DNA of 64,000 bases. Origin: Candidatus Peribacteraceae bacterium (GTDB lineage: Bacteria; Patescibacteriota; Gracilibacteria; Peribacterales; Peribacteraceae). Where the stretch lies: the NCBI GenBank assembly GCA_041666245.1, contig JBAYHG010000003.1, positions 15,977 through 79,976 of the forward strand, in the 5' to 3' direction. How positions within the stretch are numbered: the stretch's first letter is position 1; every line of letters starts with the position of its first letter. The notes beneath the pieces were generated by a model. It worked only from the letters and a program-made list of their open reading frames with translations, had not been told where the DNA came from and made no database searches. Below, piece after piece: positions 61,584 to 64,000 of the stretch. The position numbers and the translations under genes were made by a program.

Positions 61584-61885
61584 CCTCTTCCCGGACGCCG
61601 GCGCTCCTCTTCTGTCTGTTGTTCACGATCATCGCGGCGCCACTCCTGCTCCGTGCGTGGGCGATTCGACCGCTCTTCTTCGATGCCGCTGTCCGGTCAC
61701 AGACGCAGGTCGCGCTCTCGCAGGTCGCGCAGTCCCGCGGCTGGATCCTCTCCGACATTTCGCTTCGTTCCGTCACCGCTGATTCGCTGACTCTCGTTCA
61801 TCGCGAACACCGGCGCGTTCCCTCTGACGCCGCTTGTCTCATGGTGAAGCTCTCCACCTTCGAAGTCTCCCCATGCGAAAGCTGA
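61580..61885 (+). CDS. Small N-terminally anchored protein between the GT2 and the GT-C-like gene
   Basis: 101 aa with a GTG start overlapping the GT2 stop (GTGA): MTSSRTPALLFCLLFTIIAAPLLLRAW.. is followed by a soluble ~70 aa. Its end overlaps the next start by 13 nt. Confidence 0.5.
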   Translation: MTSSRTPALLFCLLFTIIAAPLLLRAWAIRPLFFDAAVRSQTQVALSQVAQSRGWILSDISLRSVTADSLTLVHREHRRVPSDAACLMVKLSTFEVSPCES

Positions 61886-63063
61886 CGCTCATCGCCGTGC
61901 TCGAAGCCTATGCCCTGTTCCTCGCATGGGTGCAGTCGCTGCATGGCGTTCTCACGGACGAGGCGAAGTACCTGCTGAATATTCCGTATCCCCACCCGCC
62001 GCTCATCCGATCCATTCTCTCCCTCACGACGGCGTTGTCCGTGCAGGAAATGCTCTGGCGCATCGTCTTCGCGTCACTCCTCGTGCAGGCGGTGTGGATC
62101 GTGTGGGAGATCGGGCGCGGGCTCTCGGGCGAGCAACGCTTCGTCCTCGGCGGGTCATGGCTCCTCTCCGCCGCACTCGTCCTGCAGGCAGGCACCATCA
62201 TGATGGCCCCCCTGACAGCGCTCGAAGGATTGGTGTTCGTTGCGCTGTATGTCGCAGCGGAAACGACATCCCGAAGCCGGATTCCACGATCGCCATTCCT
62301 CATCGGGGTCCTCTGGCTCGCGTCGCTCTTCACGGCGTTCCAGGCCGTCCTCTACCTGCCGCTCGTCTTCGCCATGTTCCGGAAGATGAGGGTTTCCGTG
62401 ATGGAGATGATCATCTACATCATCGGTCCCATGGTCCTCGCCGCCCTCTTCGCTCTCGCGGAGCCCCTCATTCTCGCGAGCTTCGTGAATGTCGGAACGA
62501 AGGATGTAGATGTATCCGCTTTGGGAAGGACGATCAATCTCTTCCGCGCCTGGAGCATTGGCGGGAGCGTGTTGCTCGGGCTCCTCGGAACGGCCGGCAT
62601 ACTCCTCGAGCGGCGGTGGGCGCTCCTTGGAAGCCTCCTTCTCGTCTGTGCGTACGTCTTCCTCTCATTCCATTTCTACTACGCGATTCTCTTCCTGCCG
62701 CTCTTCATCGGCGGGATGCCGGCATTCTTCCATCATCTCTGGAAGAAACCTGCGCCGCTCATTTTCCCGCTCATCTTCATCACGGGCATCATCCTCGCAC
62801 TCTTCCCGCTGAAGCTCTCGCCGTCTCCGGCACGTGCCGTTGCCCGTTCACTCCCCGTCTCCGGCACCGGGGTCCTGCTCATCAATGGTTCCTTCGGCCA
62901 TGAGTGGCAGTACGAGAGCCCCGTGCCCGTGCGGCGGTTTCAGCAGTCACTCCTCCCGGATGCGGAGGCGGTTGTGTGTCTGACACCATGCGAGGAAATG
63001 ACGAGGGTCGATGGCTGGAAGACGCTCGCCGGTCAATCGGTGGAGGTGTGGGTGAGGAAGTAA
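61873..63063 (+). CDS. GT-C-like (PMT_2/ArnT-type) polytopic membrane glycosyltransferase candidate
   Basis: MRKLTLIAVLEAYALFLAWVQSLHGVLTDEAKYLLNIPYPHPPL... The DE-x-x-Y motif follows TM1. There are about 10 TM helices and a C-terminal soluble ~90 aa. Confidence 0.7.
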   Translation: MRKLTLIAVLEAYALFLAWVQSLHGVLTDEAKYLLNIPYPHPPLIRSILSLTTALSVQEMLWRIVFASLLVQAVWIVWEIGRGLSGEQRFVLGGSWLLSAALVLQAGTIMMAPLTALEGLVFVALYVAAETTSRSRIPRSPFLIGVLWLASLFTAFQAVLYLPLVFAMFRKMRVSVMEMIIYIIGPMVLAALFALAEPLILASFVNVGTKDVDVSALGRTINLFRAWSIGGSVLLGLLGTAGILLERRWALLGSLLLVCAYVFLSFHFYYAILFLPLFIGGMPAFFHHLWKKPAPLIFPLIFITGIILALFPLKLSPSPARAVARSLPVSGTGVLLINGSFGHEWQYESPVPVRRFQQSLLPDAEAVVCLTPCEEMTRVDGWKTLAGQSVEVWVRK

Positions 63064-63066
63064 CTG

Positions 63067-63273
63067 TTATGCTGTTCGGCTGATGCCCATGACATTCGAT
63101 ACGCTCTGCCGGGTGCGTTGCGTACGACCGTGGACTCCTTCACCGTGAGGAGTTTCGAATCCCAATGCATTGATGGTCGTGAGCATTTCCTCACCGGTCA
63201 TGAATCGTCTCCTGTGACGAGGATCGGCGTAATCGACCGCCAACACTGTCTCTTTCCCTTCCGGATTACACAT
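63067..63273 (-). pseudogene. Possible gene remnant (methyltransferase-C-terminus-like 68-aa ORF)
   Basis: ..ETVLAVDYADPRHRRRFMTGEEMLTTINALGFE.. resembles the F-T-x-E-E-L..GF tail common in class I methyltransferases. It lies 30 nt downstream of the epimerase stop in a lower-GC spacer. This call is very tentative. Confidence 0.2.
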
Positions 63274-63303
63274 AGTTGTATGGTACTTCTATTCTGATGG
63301 CGG

Positions 63304-64000
63304 TCAAATTCCGAGATACTCCCGATACCAGCTCACGAAGCGTGGCACGCCATCTTTGATGTTGGTCTTTGGCTCGTAGCCGAGCATCTTCTTCGCCTTC
63401 GAGATATCCGCGGACGTCACGCGGACGTCGCCGGGCTGCATGGGGAGGAATTCCTTCTTCGCCTCTTTCCCGCAGGACGTTTCCACCATCTTCACATAGT
63501 CCATCAGTTCCTCCTTGCGTCCGCAGCCGAGGTTGAACACCTCCTCGTCGAAATTTTTGTCGATGGAGGCAAGGATTCCTGTGACGATGTCGTCGACGTA
63601 CGTGAAGTCGCGCTGCATCTTGCCTTCGCCGAAGATCTGGAGCGGTTTGCCGTGCAGCAGCGCGTCCGTGAAGAGGAAGAGCGCCATGTCCGGTCTGCCC
63701 CACGGGCCGTAGACCGTGAAGAAGCGCAGGCCCGTCACCTTCATGCCGTACAGGCGGTGGAACGTGTGTGCCATGAGTTCATTGTCCTTCTTGTTCATGC
63801 CATAGAGAGAGATCTGATCGTCGGTGCGGTCCGTTTCCGAGGCGGGAAGCTTCGTATTGCCGCCGTAGACGGAGCTCGAGGAGGCGTAAATCAAGCCGGG
63901 AATCTTCTGGAGACGTACCTCATCGAGAACGTTGAAGAAGCCGCGGATATTGATATCGACGTACTCAGCGGGATGTTCGAAGGCGTAGCGGACACCTGCG
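63304..64000 (-). CDS. NAD-dependent epimerase (UDP-glucuronate 4-epimerase-like extended SDR); N-terminus beyond the window end
   Basis: The track ORF starts at a TTG (63894), but the frame stays open to 64000: ..AGVRYAFEHPAEYVDINIRGFFNVLDEVRLQKIPGLIYASSSSVYG..YGMNKKDNELM..RFFTVYGPWGRPDMA..GEGKMQRDFTYVDDIV... Confidence 0.85.
   Translation of the reverse strand, partial: AGVRYAFEHPAEYVDINIRGFFNVLDEVRLQKIPGLIYASSSSVYGGNTKLPASETDRTDDQISLYGMNKKDNELMAHTFHRLYGMKVTGLRFFTVYGPWGRPDMALFLFTDALLHGKPLQIFGEGKMQRDFTYVDDIVTGILASIDKNFDEEVFNLGCGRKEELMDYVKMVETSCGKEAKKEFLPMQPGDVRVTSADISKAKKMLGYEPKTNIKDGVPRFVSWYREYLGI

Overview
GC-rich (about 60% by eye) bacterial chromosomal segment. It is very compact, with many ATGA/GTGA start-stop overlaps and almost no Shine-Dalgarno-like sequences ahead of first genes. 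The first ~9 kb is housekeeping: pheT (runs off the window start and is absent from the ORF track), a pair of Cys-rich small proteins, tRNA-Ser(GGA), rpmB, an M50 protease, a large membrane protein, a methyltransferase, tRNA-Thr(GGT) and sufS-sufU. From ~9.2 kb to the window end (~55 kb, about 55 genes) there is one uninterrupted cell-surface glycan locus. Its contents are listed here.
- Glycosyltransferases: seven GT4/GT1-type and seven GT2 (six of the Dpm1/ArnC/GtrB polyprenyl-phosphate-sugar type, one fused to GtrA).
- A free-standing GtrA.
- Five large GT-C-like or YfhO-like polytopic membrane proteins, plus a sixth at 4709.
- A Wzx-like flippase.
- Nucleotide-sugar enzymes: rmlA/rmlB, wecB, gmd plus a divergent gmd paralog, a TviB/WbpO-like dehydrogenase, four SDR epimerase/dehydratases and a Gfo/Idh/MocA oxidoreductase.
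- Tailoring enzymes: three DegT aminotransferases, an N-formyltransferase, two LbH acetyltransferases, a GNAT, a FemAB-like acyltransferase, an AsnB-type amidotransferase, a sugar C-methyltransferase, an FkbM and four other SAM methyltransferases, a cupin, a deacetylase-like protein and an FAD oxidoreductase.

No transposase, integrase, CRISPR array, rRNA or phage gene was seen. No priming phosphoglycosyltransferase was recognised.

Three non-coding repeat families stand out:
- a ~200-nt structured intergenic element in three same-orientation copies, whose first hairpin keeps its structure but not its sequence between copies;
- long imperfect hairpins built from 9-13-nt periodic units at gene boundaries;
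- REP-like palindromes, one inserted in frame inside a GT4 gene.

All functional calls rest on motif recognition by eye in the translations. No database search or folding computation was run. Many long ORFs in the track are antisense shadows typical of GC-rich DNA and were not annotated.
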